A stretch of 64,000 nt of DNA from Eledone cirrhosa (taxonomy: Eukaryota). The DNA is taken from NCBI GenBank assembly GCA_964016885.1, contig OZ024740.1, positions 413,106,001 through 413,170,000 on the forward strand, read 5' to 3'. Within the stretch, counting starts at the first letter, position 1. Every line of letters begins with the position of its first letter. The notes beneath the pieces were generated by a model. It was given only the letters and a program-made list of their open reading frames with translations, was not told the origin of the DNA and made no database searches. Position numbers and translations under genes: made by a program. This document shows positions 41,301 through 58,276 of the stretch, in pieces.

Positions 41301-44300
41301 ACAGTACACACTAAGTAACAGACAACCTCATTACAGTATACACTAAGTAACAGACAACCTCATTACAGTATACACTAAGTAACAGACAACCTCACTACAG
41401 TATACACTAAGTAACAGACAATCTCATTACAGTATATACTAAGTAACAGACAACCTCATTACAGTACACACTAAGTAACATACAACCTCATTACAGCATA
41501 CACTAAGTAACAGACAACCTCATTACAGTATACACTAAGTAACAGACAACCTCATTACAGTAGAAACTAAGTAACAGACAAACTCATTACAGTATACACT
41601 AAGTAACAGACAACCTCATTACAGTACACACTAAGTAACAGACAACCTCATTACAGTATACACTAAGTAACAGACAACCTCATTACAGTATACACTAAGT
41701 AACAGAAAATCTCACTACAGTACACACTAAGTAACAGACAACCTCATTACAGTATACACTAAGTAACAGAAAATCTCACTACAGTACACACTAAGTAACA
41801 GACAACCTCATTACAGTACACACTATGTAACAGACAACCTCATTACAATACACACTAAGTAACAGACAACCTCATTACAATACACACTAAGTAACAGACA
41901 ACCTCATTACAGTACACTCTAAGTAACAGACAACCTCATTACAGTAAACACTAAGTAACAGACAACATCATTACAGTATACACTAAGTAACAGACAACCT
42001 CATTACAGTACACACTAAGTAACAGACAACCTCATTACAGTACACACTAAGTAAAAGACAACCTCATTACAGTACACACTAAGTAACAGACAACCTCATT
42101 ACAATACACACTAAGTAACAGACAACCTCATTACAGTATACATTAAGTAACAGACAACCTCATTACAGTATACACTAAGTAACAGACATCCTCATTACAG
42201 TACACGCTAAGTAACAGACAACCTCATTACAGTACACACTAAGTAACAGACAACCTCATTACAGTATACACTAAGTAACAGACAACCTCATTACTGTACA
42301 CACTAAGTAACAGACAACCTCATTACAGTACACACTAAGTAACAGACAACCTCATTACAGTACACACTAAGTAACAGACAACCTCATTACAGTATACACT
42401 AAGTAACAGACAACCTCATTACAGTATACACTAAATAACAGTCAACCTCATTACAATACACACTAAGTAACAGTCAACCTCATTACAGTATACACTAAGT
42501 AACAGTCAACCTCATTACAGTATACACTAACTAACATACAACCTCATTACAGTACACGCTAAGTAACAGACAACCTCATTACAATACACACTAAGTAACA
42601 GACAACCTCATTCCAGTACACACTAACTAACAGACAAACTCATTACAGTACACTCTACGTAACAGACAACCTCATTACAATACACACTAAGTAAAAGACA
42701 ACCTCATTACAGTAAACACTAAGTAACAGACAACCTCATTACAGTACACACTAAGTAACAGACACCCTCATTACAGTATACACTAAGTAACAGACAACCT
42801 CATTACAGTATACACTAAGTAACAGACACCCTCATTACAGTATACACTAAGTAATAGACAACCTCATTACAGTACACACTAAGTAACAGACAACCTCATT
42901 ACAATACACACTAAGTAACAGACAACCTCATTACAGTATACACTAAGTAACAGACAACCTCACTACAGTATACACTAAGTAACAGACCACCTCATTACAG
43001 TATACACTAAGTAACAGACAACCTCATTACAGTATACACTAAGTAACAGACAACCTCACTACAGTACACACTAAGTAACATACAACCTCATTACAGTATA
43101 CACTAAGTAACAGACAACCTCACTACAGTATACACTATGTAACAGACAACCTCATTACAATACACACTAAGTAACAGACAACCTCATTACAGTATACACT
43201 AAGTAACAGACAACCTCACTACAGTACACACTAAGTAACATACAACCTCATTACAGTATACACTAAGTAACAGACAACCTCACTACAGTATACACTAAGT
43301 AACATACAACCTCATTACAGTATACACTAAGTAACAGACAACCTCACTACAGTATACACTAAGTAACAGACAACCTCATTACAGTATACACTAAGTAACA
43401 GACAACCTCATTACAGTATACACTAAGTAACAGACAACCTCATTACAGTATACACTAAGTAACAGACAACCTCATTACAGTATACACTATGTAACAGACA
43501 ACCTCATTACAGTATACACTAAGTAAAATACAACCTCATTACAGTATACACTAAGTAACATACAACCTCATTACAGTATACACTAAGTAACAGACAACCT
43601 CACTACAGTATACACTAAGTAACAGACAACCTCATTACAGTATACACTAATTAACAGACAACCTCATTACAGTATACACTAAGTAACAGACAACCTCATT
43701 ACAGTATACACAAAGTAACAGACAACCTAATTACAGTATACACTAAGTAACAGACAACCTCATTACAGTATACACTAAGTAACAGACAACCTCATTACAG
43801 TATACACTAAGTAACAGACAACCTCATTACTATACACACTAAGTAACAGACACCCTCATTACAGTATACACTACGTAACAGACAACCTCATTACAGTACA
43901 CACTATGTAACAGACAACCTCATTACATTACACACTAAGTAACAGACAACCTCATTACAGTATAAACTAAGTAAGAGACAACCTCATTACAGTACAAACT
44001 AAGTAACAGACAACCTCATTGCAGTATAAACTATGTAACAGACAACCTCATTACAATACACTCTAAGTAACAGACAACCTCATTACAGTATACACTAAGT
44101 AACAGACAACCTCATTACAGTATACACTAAGTAACAGACAACCTCATTACAATACACACTAAGTAACAAACAACCTCATTACAGTATACACTAAGTAACC
44201 GACAACCTCATTACAATACACACTAAGTAACAGACAACCTCATTACAGTATACACTAAGTAACAGTCAACCTCATTACAGTACACACTAAGTAACAGACA

Positions 44301-47300
44301 ACCTCATTACAGTACACACTACGTATCATACAACCTCATTACAGTATACACTAAGTAACAGTCAACCTCATTACAGTACACACTAAGTAACAGACAACCT
44401 CATTACCGTACACACTAAGTAACAGACAACCTCATTACAGTATACACTAAGTAACAGACAACCTCATTACAGTATACACTAAGTAACAGACAACCTCATT
44501 ACAGTACACACTAAGTAACAGACAACCTCACTACAGTATACACTAAGTAACAGACAACCTCATTACAGTATACACTAAGTAACAGACAACCTCATTACAG
44601 TATACACTAAGTAACAGACAACCTCATTACAGTATACACTAAGTAACAGACAACCTCATTACAGTATACACTATGTAACAGACAAGCTCATTACAGTATA
44701 CACTAAGTAAAATACAACCTCATTACAGTATACACTAAGTAACATACAACCTCATTACAGTATACACTAAGTAACAGACAACCTCACTACAGTATACACT
44801 AAGTAACAGACAACCTCATTACAGTATACACTAAGTAACAGACAACCTCATTACAGTATACACTAAGTAACAGACAACCTCATTACAGTATACACAAAGT
44901 AACAGACAACCTAATTACAGTATACACTAAGTAACAGACAACCTCATTACAGTATACACTAAGTAACAGACAACCTCATTACAGTATACACTAAGTAACA
45001 GACAACCTCATTACTATACACACTAAGTAACAGACACCCTCATTACAGTATACACTACGTAACAGACAACCTCATTACAGTACACACTAAGTAACAGACA
45101 ACCTCATTACAGTACACACTAAGTAACAGACAACCTCATTACAGTATAAACTAAGTAAGAGACAACCTCATTACAGTACACACTAAGTAACAGACAACCT
45201 CATTACAGTATAAACTATGTAACAGACAACCTCATTACAATACACTCTAAGTAACAGACAACCTCATTACAGTATACACTAAGTAACAGACAACCTCATT
45301 ACAGTATACACTAAGTAACAGACAACCTCATTACAATACACACTAAGTAACAAACAACCTCATTACAGTATACACTAAGTAACCGACAACCTCATTACAA
45401 TACACACTAAGTAACAGACAACCTCATTACAGTATACACTAAGTAACAGTCAACCTCATTACAGTATACACTAAGTAACAGACAACCTCATTACAGTATA
45501 CACTAAGTAACAGACAACCTCATTACAGTATACACTAAGTAACAGACAACCTCATTACAGTACACACTAAGTAACAGACAATCTCTTTACAGTACACACT
45601 AAGTAACAGACAACCTCATTACAGTATACACTAAGTAACAGTCAACCTCATTACAGTATACACTAAGTAACAGACAACCTCTTTACAGTATACACTAAGT
45701 AACAGACAACCTCATTACAGTACACACTAAGTAACAGACAACCTCATTACAGTACACACTACGTAACAGACAACCTCATTACAATATACACTAAGTAACA
45801 GACAACCTCATTACAGTACACACTAAGTAACAGACAACCTCATTCCAGTATAAACTAAGTAACAGACAACGTCATTACAATACACACTATGTAACAGACA
45901 TCCTCATTACAGTACACACTAAGTAACAGACAACCTCATTACAGTATACACTAAGTAACAGACAACCTCATTACAGTACACACTAAGTAACAGACAACCT
46001 CATTACAGTACACACTAAGTAACAGACAACCTCATTACAGTACACACTAAGTAACAGACAACCTCATTACACTATACACTAGGTAACAGACAACCTCATT
46101 ACAGTACACACTAAGTAACAGACAACCTCATTACAGTACACACTAAGTAACAGACAACCTCATTACAATACACTCTAAGTAACAGACAACCTCATTACAA
46201 TACACACTAAGTAACAGACAACCTCATTACAGTACACACTAAGTAACAGACAACCTCATTACAGTATACACTAAGTAACAGACAACCTCATTACAGTATA
46301 CACTAAGTAACAGACAACCTCATTACAGTAAACACTATGTAACAGACAACCTCATTACAGTACACACTAAGTAACAGACAACCTCATTACAGTACACACT
46401 AAGTAACAGACAACCTCATTACAGTAAACACTAAGTAACAGACAACCTCATTACAGTATACACTAAGTAACAGACACCCTCATTACAGTAAACACTAAGT
46501 AACAGACAACCTCATTACAGTATACACTAAGTAACAGACAACCTCATTACAGTATACACTACATAACAGACACCCTCATTACAGTATACACTAAGTAACA
46601 GACAACCTCATTACAGTATACACTACGTAACAGACAACCTCATTACAGTATACACTAAGTAACAGACAACCTCATTACAGTATACACTAAGTAACAGACA
46701 ACCTCATTACAGTATACACTAAGTAACAGACACCCTCATTACAGTATACACTAAGTAACAGACAACCTCATTACAGTATACACTAAGTAACAGACAACCT
46801 CATTACAGTATACACTAAGTAACAGACAACCTCATTACAATACACACTAAGTAACAGACAACCTCATTACAGTATACACTAAGTAACAGTCAACCTCATT
46901 ACAGTACACACTAAGTAACAGACAACCTCATTACAGTATACACTAAGTAACAGACAACCTCATTACAGTATACACTAAGTAACAGACAACCTCATTACTA
47001 TACACACTAAGTAACAGACACCCTCATTACAGTATACACTACGTAACAGACAACCTCATTACAGTACACACTAAGTAACAGACAACCTCATTACATTACA
47101 CACTAAGTAACAGACAACCTCATTACAGTATAAACTAAGTAAGAGACAACCTCATTACAGTACACACTAAGTAACAGACAACCTCATTACAGTATAAACT
47201 ATGTAACAGACAACCTCATTACAATACACTCTAAGTAACAGACAACCTCATTACAGTATACACTAAGTAACAGACAACCTCATTACAGTATACACTAAGT

Positions 47301-50300
47301 AACAGACAACCTCATTACAATACACACTAAGTAACAAACAACCTCATTACAGTATACACTAAGTAACCGACAACCTCATTACAATACACACTAAGTAACA
47401 GACAACCTCATTACAGTACACACTAAGTAACAGACAACCTCATTACAGTATACACTAAGTAACAGACAACCTCATTACAGTATACACTAAGTAACAGACA
47501 ACCTCATTACAGTAAACACTATGTAACAGACAACCTCATTACAGTACACACTAAGTAACAGACAACCTCATTACAGTACACACTAAGTAACAGACAACCT
47601 CATTACAGTAAACACTAAGTAACAGACAACCTCATTACAGTATACACTAAGTAACAGACACCCTCATTACAGTAAACACTAAGTAACAGACAACCTCATT
47701 ACAGTATACACTAAGTAACAGACAACCTCATTACAGTATACACTACATAACAGACACCCTCATTACAGTATACACTAAGTAACAGACAACCTCATTACAG
47801 TATACACTACGTAACAGACAACGACATTACAGTATACACTAAGTAACAGACAACCTCATTACAGTATACACTAAGTAACAGACAACCTCATTACAGTATA
47901 CACTAAGTAACAGACAACCTCATTACAATACACACTAAGTAACAGACAACCTCATTACAGTATACACTAAGTAACAGTCAACCTCATTACAGTACACACT
48001 AAGTAACAGACAACCTCATTACAGTATACACTAAGTAACAGACAACCTCATTACAGTATACACTAAGTAACAGACAACCTCATTACTATACACACTAAGT
48101 AACAGACACCCTCATTACAGTATACACTACGTAACAGACAACCTCATTACAGTACACACTAAGTAACAGACAACCTCATTACATTACACACTAAGTAACA
48201 GACAACCTCATTACAGTATAAACTAAGTAAGAGACAACCTCATTACAGTACACACTAAGTAACAGACAACCTCATTACAGTATAAACTATGTAACAGACA
48301 ACCTCATTACAATACACTCTAAGTAACAGACAACCTCATTACAGTATACACTAAGTAACAGACAACCTCATTACAGTATACACTAAGTAACAGACAACCT
48401 CATTACAATACACACTAAGTAACAAACAACATCATTACAGTATACACTAAGTAACCGACAACCTCATTACAATACACACTAAGTAACAGACAACCTCATT
48501 ACAGTATACACTAAGTAACAGTCAACCTCATTACAGTACACACTAAGTAACAGACAACCTCATTACAGTACACACTACGTATCATACAACCTCATTACAG
48601 TATACACTAAGTAACAGTCAACCTCATTACAGTACACACTAAGTAACAGACAACCTCATTACCGTACACACTAAGTAACAGACAACCTCATTACAGTATA
48701 CACTAAGTAACAGACAACCTCATTACAGTATACACTAAGTAACAGACAACCTCATTACAGTACACACTAAGTAACAGACAACCTCACTACAGTATACACT
48801 AAGTAACAGACAACCTCATTACAGTATACACTAAGTAACAGACAACCTCATTACAGTATACACTAAGTAACAGACAACCTCATTACAGTATACACTAAGT
48901 AACAGACAACCTCATTACAGTATACACTATGTAACAGACAAGCTCATTACAGTATACACTAAGTAAAATACAACCTCATTACAGTATACACTAAGTAACA
49001 TACAACCTCATTACAGTATACACTAAGTAACAGACAACCTCACTACAGTATACACTAAGTAACAGACAACCTCATTACAGTATACACTAAGTAACAGACA
49101 ACCTCATTACAGTATACACTAAGTAACAGACAACCTCATTACAGTATACACAAAGTAACAGACAACCTAATTACAGTATACACTAAGTAACAGACAACCT
49201 CATTACAGTATACACTAAGTAACAGACAACCTCATTACAGTATACACTAAGTAACAGACAACCTCATTACTATACACACTAAGTAACAGACACCCTCATT
49301 ACAGTATACACTACGTAACAGACAACCTCATTACAGTACACACTAAGTAACAGACAACCTCATTACAGTACACACTAAGTAACAGACAACCTCATTACAG
49401 TATAAACTAAGTAAGAGACAACCTCATTACAGTACACACTAAGTAACAGACAACCTCATTACAGTATAAACTATGTAACAGACAACCTCATTACAATACA
49501 CTCTAAGTAACAGACAACCTCATTACAGTATACACTAAGTAACAGACAACCTCATTACAGTATACACTAAGTAACAGACAACCTCATTACAATACACACT
49601 AAGTAACAAACAACCTCATTACAGTATACACTAAGTAACCGACAACCTCATTACAATACACACTAAGTAACAGACAACCTCATTACAGTATACACTAAGT
49701 AACAGTCAACCTCATTACAGTACACACTAAGTAACAGACAACCTCATTACAGTACACACTACGTATCATACAACCTCATTACAGTATACACTAAGTAACA
49801 GTCAAACTCATTACAGTACACACTAAGTAACAGACAACCTCATTACAGTACACACTAAGTAATAGACAACCTCATTACAGTATACACTAAGTAACAGACA
49901 ACCTCATTACAGTATACACTAAGTAACAGACAACCTCATTACAGTACACACTAAGTAACAGACAATCTCTTTACAGTACACACTAAGTAACAGACAACCT
50001 CATTACAGTATACACTAAGTAACAGTCAACCTCATTACAGTATACACTAAGTAACAGACAACCTCTTTACAGTATACACTAAGTAACAGACAACCTCATT
50101 ACAGTACACACTAAGTAACAGACAACCTCATTACAGTACACACTACGTAACAGACAACCTCATTACAATACACACTAAGTAACAGACAACCTCATTACAG
50201 TACACACTAAGTAACAGACAACCTCATTCCAGTATAAACTAAGTAACAGACAACGTCATTACAATACACACTATGTAACAGACATCCTCATTACAGTACA

Positions 50301-53300
50301 CACTAAGTAACAGACAACCTCATTACAGTATACACTAAGTAACAGACAACCTCATTACAGTACACACTAAGTAACAGACAACCTCATTACAGTACACACT
50401 AAGTAACAGACAACCTCATTACAGTACACACTAAGTAACAGACAACCTCATTACACTATACACTAGGTAACAGACAATCTCATTACAGTACACACTAAGT
50501 AACAGACAACCTCATTACAGTACACACTAAGTAACAGACAACCTCATTACAATACACTCTAAGTAACAGACAACCTCATTACAATACACACTAAGTAACA
50601 GACAACCTCATTACAGTACACACTAAGTAACAGACAACCTCATTACAGTATACACTAAGTAACAGACAACCTCATTACAGTATACACTAAGTAACAGACA
50701 ACCTCATGACAGTAAACACTATGTAACAGACAACCTCATTACAGTACACACTAAGTAACAGACAACCTCATTACAGTACACACTAAGTAACAGACAACCT
50801 CATTACAGTAAACACTAAGTAACAGACAACCTCATTACAGTATACACTAAGTAACAGACACCCTCATTACAGTAAACACTAAGTAACAGACAACCTCATT
50901 ACAGTATACACTAAGTAACAGACAACCTCATTACAGTATACACTACATAACAGACACCCTCATTACAGTATACACTAAGTAACAGACAACCTCATTACAG
51001 TATACACTACGTAACAGACAACCTCATTACAGTATACACTAAGTAACAGACAACCTCATTACAGTATACACTAAGTAACAGACAACCTCATTACAGTATA
51101 CACTAAGTAACAGACACCCTCATTACAGTATACACTAAGTAACAGACAACCTCATTACAGTATACACTAAGTAACAGACAACCTCATTACAGTATACACT
51201 AAGTAACAGACAACCTCATTACAATACACACTAAGTAACAGACAACCTCATTACAGTATACACTAAGTAACAGTCAACCTCATTACAGTACACACTAAGT
51301 AACAGACAACCTCATTACAGTACACACTACGTAACATACAACCTCATTACAGTATACACTAAGTAACAGTCAACCTCATTACAGTACACACTAAGTAACA
51401 TACAACCTCATTACAGTACACACTAAGTAACAGACAACCTCATTACAATACACACTAAGTAATAGACAACCTCATTACAGTACACACTAAGTAACAGACA
51501 ATCTCATTACAGTACACACTATGTAACAGACAACCTCATTACAGTATACACTAAGTAACCGACAACCTCATTACAGTATACACTAAGTAACAGACAACCT
51601 CATTACAGTATACACTAAGTAACAGACAACCTCATTACAGTACACACTAAGTAACAGACAAGCTCATTACAGTACACACTAAGTAACAGACAACCTCATT
51701 ACAGTACACACTAAGTAACAGACACCCTCATTACAGTATACACTAAGTAACAGACAACCTCATTACAGTATACACTAAGTAACAGACAACCTCACTACAG
51801 TATACACTAAGTAACAGACAACCTCATTACAGTACACACTAAGTAACAGTCAACCTCATTACAGTACACACTAAGTAACAGACAACCTCATTACAGTACA
51901 CACTACGTAATATACAACCTCATTACAGTATACACTAAGTAACAGTCAACCTCATTACAGTACATACTAAGTAACATACAACCTCATTACAATACACACT
52001 AAGTAACAGACAACATCATTACAGTACACACTAAGTAACAGACAACCTCAATACAGTATACACTAAGTAACAGACAACCTCATTACAGTACACACTAAGT
52101 AACAGACAACCTCATTACAGTACACACTAAGTAACAGACAACCTCATTACAGTACACACTAAGTAACAGACAACCTCATTACAGTACACACTAAGTAACA
52201 GACAACCTCATTACAGTAAACACTAAGTAACAGACAACCTCATTACAGTATACACTAAGTAAGAGACACCCTCATTACAGTAAACACTAAGTAACAGACA
52301 ACCTCATTACAGTATACACTAAGTAACAGACAACCTCATTACAGTATACACTAAATAACAGACACCCTCATTACAGTATACACTAAGTAACAGACAACCT
52401 CATTACAGTATACACTACGTAACAGACAACCTCATTACAGTATACACTAAGTAACAGACAACCTCATTACAGTATACACTAAGTAATAGACAACCTCATT
52501 ACAGTATACACTAAGTAACAGACACCCTCATTACAGTATACACTAAGTAACAGACAACCTCATTACAGTATACACTAAGTAACAGACAACCTCATTACAG
52601 TATACACTTAGTAACAGACAACCTCATTCCAATACACACTAAGTAACAGACAACCTCATTACAGTATACACTAAGTAACAGTCAACCTCATTACAGTACA
52701 CACTAAGTAACAGACAACCTCATTACAGTACACACTACGTAACATACAACCTCATTACAGTATACACTAAGTAACAGTCAACCTCATTACAGTACACACT
52801 AAGTAACATACAACCTCATTACAGTACACACTAAGTAACAGACAACCTCATTACAATACACACTAAGTAATAGACAACCTCATTACAGTACACACTAAGT
52901 AACAGACAAGCTCATTACAGTACACACTAAGTAACAGACAACCTCATTACAGTACACACTAAGTAACAGACACCCTCATTACAGTATACACTAAGTAACA
53001 GTCAACCTCATTACAGTACACACTAAGTAACAGACAACCTCATTACAGTACACACTACGTAACATACAATCTCATTACAGTACACACTATGTAACAGACA
53101 ACCTCATTACAGTATACACTAAGTAACCGACAACCTCATTACAGTATACACTAAGTAACAGACAACCTCATTACAGTATACACTAAGTAACAGACAAGCT
53201 CATTACAGTACACACTAAGTAACAGACAAGCTCATTACAGTACACACTAAGTAACAGACAACCTCATTACAGTACACACTAAGTAACAGACACCCTCATT

Positions 53301-56300
53301 ACAGTATACACTAAGAAACAGACAACCTCATTACAGTATACACTAAGTAACAGACAACCTCATTACATTATACACTAAGTAACCGACAACCTCATTACAA
53401 TACACACTAAGTAACAGACAACCTCATTACAGTATACACTAAGTAACAGTCAACCTCATTACAGTACACACTACGTAATATACAACCTCATTACAGTATA
53501 CACTAAGTAACAGTCAACCTCATTACAGTACATACTAAGTAACATACAACCTCATTACAATACACACTAAGTAACAGACAACATCATTACAGTACACACT
53601 AAGTAACAGACAACGTCAATACAGTATACACTAAGTATCAGACAACCTCATTACAGTATACACTAAGTAACAGACAACCTCATTACAGTACACACTAAGT
53701 AACAGACAACCTCATTACAGTATACACTAAGTAACAGACAACCTCATTACAATACACACTAAGTAACAGACAACCTCATTACAGTACACACTAAGTAACA
53801 GACAAACTCAATACAGTATACCCTAAGTATCAGACAACCTCATTACAGTATACACTAAGTAACAGACAACCTCATTACAGTATACACTAAGTAACAGACA
53901 ACCTCATTACAGTATACACTAAGTAACAGACAACCTCATTACAGTACACACTAAGTAACAAACAACCTCATTACAGTAAACACTAAGTAACAGACAACCT
54001 CATTACAGTATACACTAAGTAACAGACACCCTCATTACAGTATACACTAAGTAACAGACAACCTCATTACAGTATACACTATGTAACAGACAACCTCACA
54101 ACAGTAAACACTAAGTAACAGACAACCTCATTACAGTATACACTAAGTAACAGACAACCTCATTACAGTATACACTAAGTAACAGACAACCTCATTACAA
54201 TACACACTAAGTAACAGACAACCTCATTACAGTATACACTAAGTAACAGTCAACCTCATTACAGTACACACTAAGTAACAGACAACCTCATTACAGTACA
54301 CACTACGTAACATACAACCTCATTACAGTAAACACTAAGTAACAGACAACCTCATTACAGTATACACTAAGCAACAGACAACCTCATTACAGTATACACT
54401 AAATAACAGACACCCTCATTACAGTATACACTAAGTAACAGACAACCTCATTACAGTATACACTACGTAACAGACAACCTCATTACAGTATACACTAAGT
54501 AATAGACAACCTCATTACAGTATACACTAAGTAACAGACAACCTCATTACAGTATACACTAAGTAACAGACAACCTCTTTACAGTATACACTAAGTAACA
54601 GACTACCTGATTACAGTATACACTAAGTAACAGACAACCTCATTACAATACACACTAAGTAACAGACAACCTCATTACAGTATACACTAAGTAACAGTCA
54701 ACCTCATTACAGTACACACTAAGTAACAGACAACCTCATTACAGTACACACTACGTAACATACAACCTCATTACAGTATACACTAAGTAACAGTCAACCT
54801 CATTACAGTACACACTAAGTAACATACAACCTCATTACAGTACACACTAAGTAACAGACAACCTCATTACAATACACACTAAGTAATAGACAACCTCATT
54901 ACAGTACACACTAAGTAACCGACAACCTCATTACAGTATACACTAAGTAACAGACAACCTCATTACAGTATACACTAAGTAACAGACAACCTCATTACAG
55001 TACACACTAAGTAACAGACAAGCTCATTACAGTACACACTAAGTAACAGACAACCTCATTACAGTACACACTAAGTAACAGACACCCTCATTACAGTATA
55101 CACTAAGTAACAGACAACCTCATTACAGTATACACTAAGTAACAGACAACCTCATTACAGTATACACTAAGTAACCGACAACCTCATTACAATACACACT
55201 AAGTAACAGACAACCTCATTACAGTATACACTAAGTAACAGTCAAACTCATTACAGTACACACTAAGTAACAGACAACCTCATTACAGTACACACTACGT
55301 AATATACAACCTCATTACAGTATACACTAAGTAACAGTCAACCTCATTACAGTACATACTAAGTAACATACAACCTCATTACAATACACACTAAGTAACA
55401 GACAACATCATTACAGTACACACTAAGTAACAGACAACCTCAATACAGTATACACTAAGTAACAGACACCCTCATTACAGTATACACTAAGTAACAGACA
55501 CCCTCATTACAGTATACACTAAGTAACAGACAACCTCATTACAGTATACACTAAGTAACAGACAACCTCACAACAGTATACACTAAGTAACAGACAACCT
55601 CATTACAGTATACACTAAGTAACAGACAACCTCATTACAGTACACACTAAGTAACAGACAACCTCATTACAGTATACACTAAGTAACAGACAACCTCATT
55701 ACAATACACACTAAGTAACAGACAACCTCATAACAATACACACTAAGTAACAGACAACCTCATTACAGTACACACTAAGTAACAGACAACCTCATTACAG
55801 TACACACTAAGTAACAGACAACCTCATTACAATACACACTAAGTAACAGACAACCTCATAACAATACACACTAAGTAACAGACAACCTCATTACAGTACA
55901 CACTAAGTAACAGACAACCTCATTACAGTACACACTAAGTAACAGACAACCTCATTACAATACACACTAAGTTACAGACAACCTCATAACAATACACACT
56001 AAGTAACAGACAACCTCATAACAATACACACTAAGTAACAGACAACCTCATTACAGTATACACTAAGTAACAGACACCCTCATTACAGTACACACTAAGT
56101 AACAGACAACCTCATTACAGTACACACTAAGTAACAGACAACCTCATTACAGTACACACTAAGGAACATACAACCTCATTACAGTACACACTAAGTAACA
56201 GACAACCTCATTCCAGTATACACTAAGTAACAGACAACCTCATTACAGTACACACTAAGTAACAGACAACCTCATTACAGTACACACTAAGTAACAGACA

Positions 56301-57380
56301 ACCTCATTACACTATACACTAAGTAACAGACAACCTCATTACAGTACACACTAAGTAACAGACAACCTCATTACAGTACACACTAAGTAACAGACAACCT
56401 CATTACAATACACACTAAGTAACAGACAACCTCATTACAATACACACTAAGTAACAGACAACCTCATTACAGTACACACTAAGTAACAGACAACCTCATT
56501 ACAGTACACACTAAGTAACATACAACCTCATTACAGTATACACTAAGTAACAGACAACCTCATTACAGTATACAATAAGTAACAGACAACCTCATTACAG
56601 TATACACTAAGTAACAGACAACCTCATTACAGTATACACTAAGTAACAGACAACCTCATTACAGTATAAACTAAGTAACAGACAACCTCATTACAGTATA
56701 CACTAAGTAACAGACAACCTCACTACAATACACACTAAGTAACAGACAACCTCATTACAGTACACACTAAGTGACAGACAACCTCATTTACAGTATACAC
56801 TAAGTAACAGACAACCTCATTACAGTATACACTAAGTAACAGACAACCTCACTACAGTACACACTAAGTAACAGACAACCTAATTACAGTATACACTAAG
56901 TAACAGACAACCTCATTACAGTACACACTAAGTAACAGACAACCTCATTACAGTATACACTAAGTAACAGACAACCTCATTACAGTATACATTAAGTAAC
57001 AGACGACCTCATTACAGTATACACTAAGTAACAGACAACCTCATTACAATATACACTAAGTAACAGACAACCTCATTACAGTAAACACTAAGTAACAGAC
57101 AACCTCATTACAGTATACACTAAGTAACAGACAACCTCATTACAGTACACACTAAGTAACAGACAACCTCATTACAATACACGCTAAGTAACAGACAACC
57201 TCATTACAATACACCCTAAGTAACAGACAACCTCATTACAGTACACACTAAGTAACAGACAACCTCATTACAATACACACTAAGTAACAGACAACCTCAT
57301 TACAGTACACACTAAGTAACAGACAACCTCATTAAAGTACACACTAAGTAACAGACAACCTCATTACAGTATACACTAAG
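35355..57380. repeat. 32-bp satellite array, ~688 units, consensus CACTAAGTAACAGACAACCTCATTACAGTAYA
   Basis: Continuous tandem array of ~22 kb. Variation is substitution-only until a 1-bp insertion near 56789. Confidence 0.99.
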
Positions 57381-57515
57381 TAGTAGTAGCCACTGTCGTA
57401 GTAGAAGTCACTGTCGTAGTAGTAGTCACTGTCGTAGTAGTCACTGTTATAGTAGTCACTGTCATAGTTGTAGTCACTGTTGCAGTAGTCACTGTTAGAG
57501 TTGTCGCTGTGGTAG
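57381..57515. repeat. 15-18-bp minisatellite (TAG)n-TCACTGTCG
   Basis: About 8 variant units directly abutting the satellite. Confidence 0.9.
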
Positions 57516-57681
57516 TACGGCTTAATTCGGGATGTTTTTTTACAAACACACCGAGCATTATAATAAATGTTCGGTGAATCCATACGTACATATATATATG
57601 TGTGCATGTATGTATATATATATATACATACTACTGTACGTCTGTATACATGTATGTATGTACGTATACATACTTATAATT

Positions 57682-57763
<82 letters not shown>

Positions 57764-57932
57764 TATATATATATATATATATATACGAATTAGTTATAAG
57801 CGTCTGACACGTTAAGACCCTCTTCCTGCTATATCAAGCGTTGATCTAATATATTCCTTCCATATGCTGCAACGATGTTGTTATTTCTGTTTACCTTTTA
57901 CGTACATTCATATATATATATATATCTATCTA

Positions 57933-58047
<115 letters not shown>

Positions 58048-58221
58048 TTATATATATATAAATATATTAATTCAAAATATTAACAAAAATAGACATTCGT
58101 GTGTTCAAGTATATTTTATTATACATATTTCAGATAAGAGACTCCAACCGCGAAGGTTGCATTTTTTTCTGGGTATGTCAATATTTATATATTTATTTAT
58201 AAAACTAATCTATATTATATT

Positions 58222-58276
58222 TTATCTGATGAAAGCGCACCATAATCTGCTTTGGTGGCCCTTGAAATATGTATAA
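58222..58276 (+). ncRNA. Hammerhead-like motif in PLE-type terminal remnant
   Basis: CTGATGA-aag.g.cacca(...)tggtg.c.ctt-GAAA-tat-GTA. Stem I is poor. Homologous to 20248-20296. Confidence 0.6.

Noticed and set aside
35355-57380. CRISPR-like 32-bp repeats
   Set aside because: Units are contiguous with no unique spacers and no cas genes; the context is eukaryotic.
35355-57380. Telomere-like TTAGTG in the satellite minus strand
   Set aside because: A single hexamer per 32-mer with a mismatch to TTAGGG; likely chance.
57344-57607. SDYY- and Thr-repeat ORFs
   Set aside because: Translation of a minisatellite, with no gene context.
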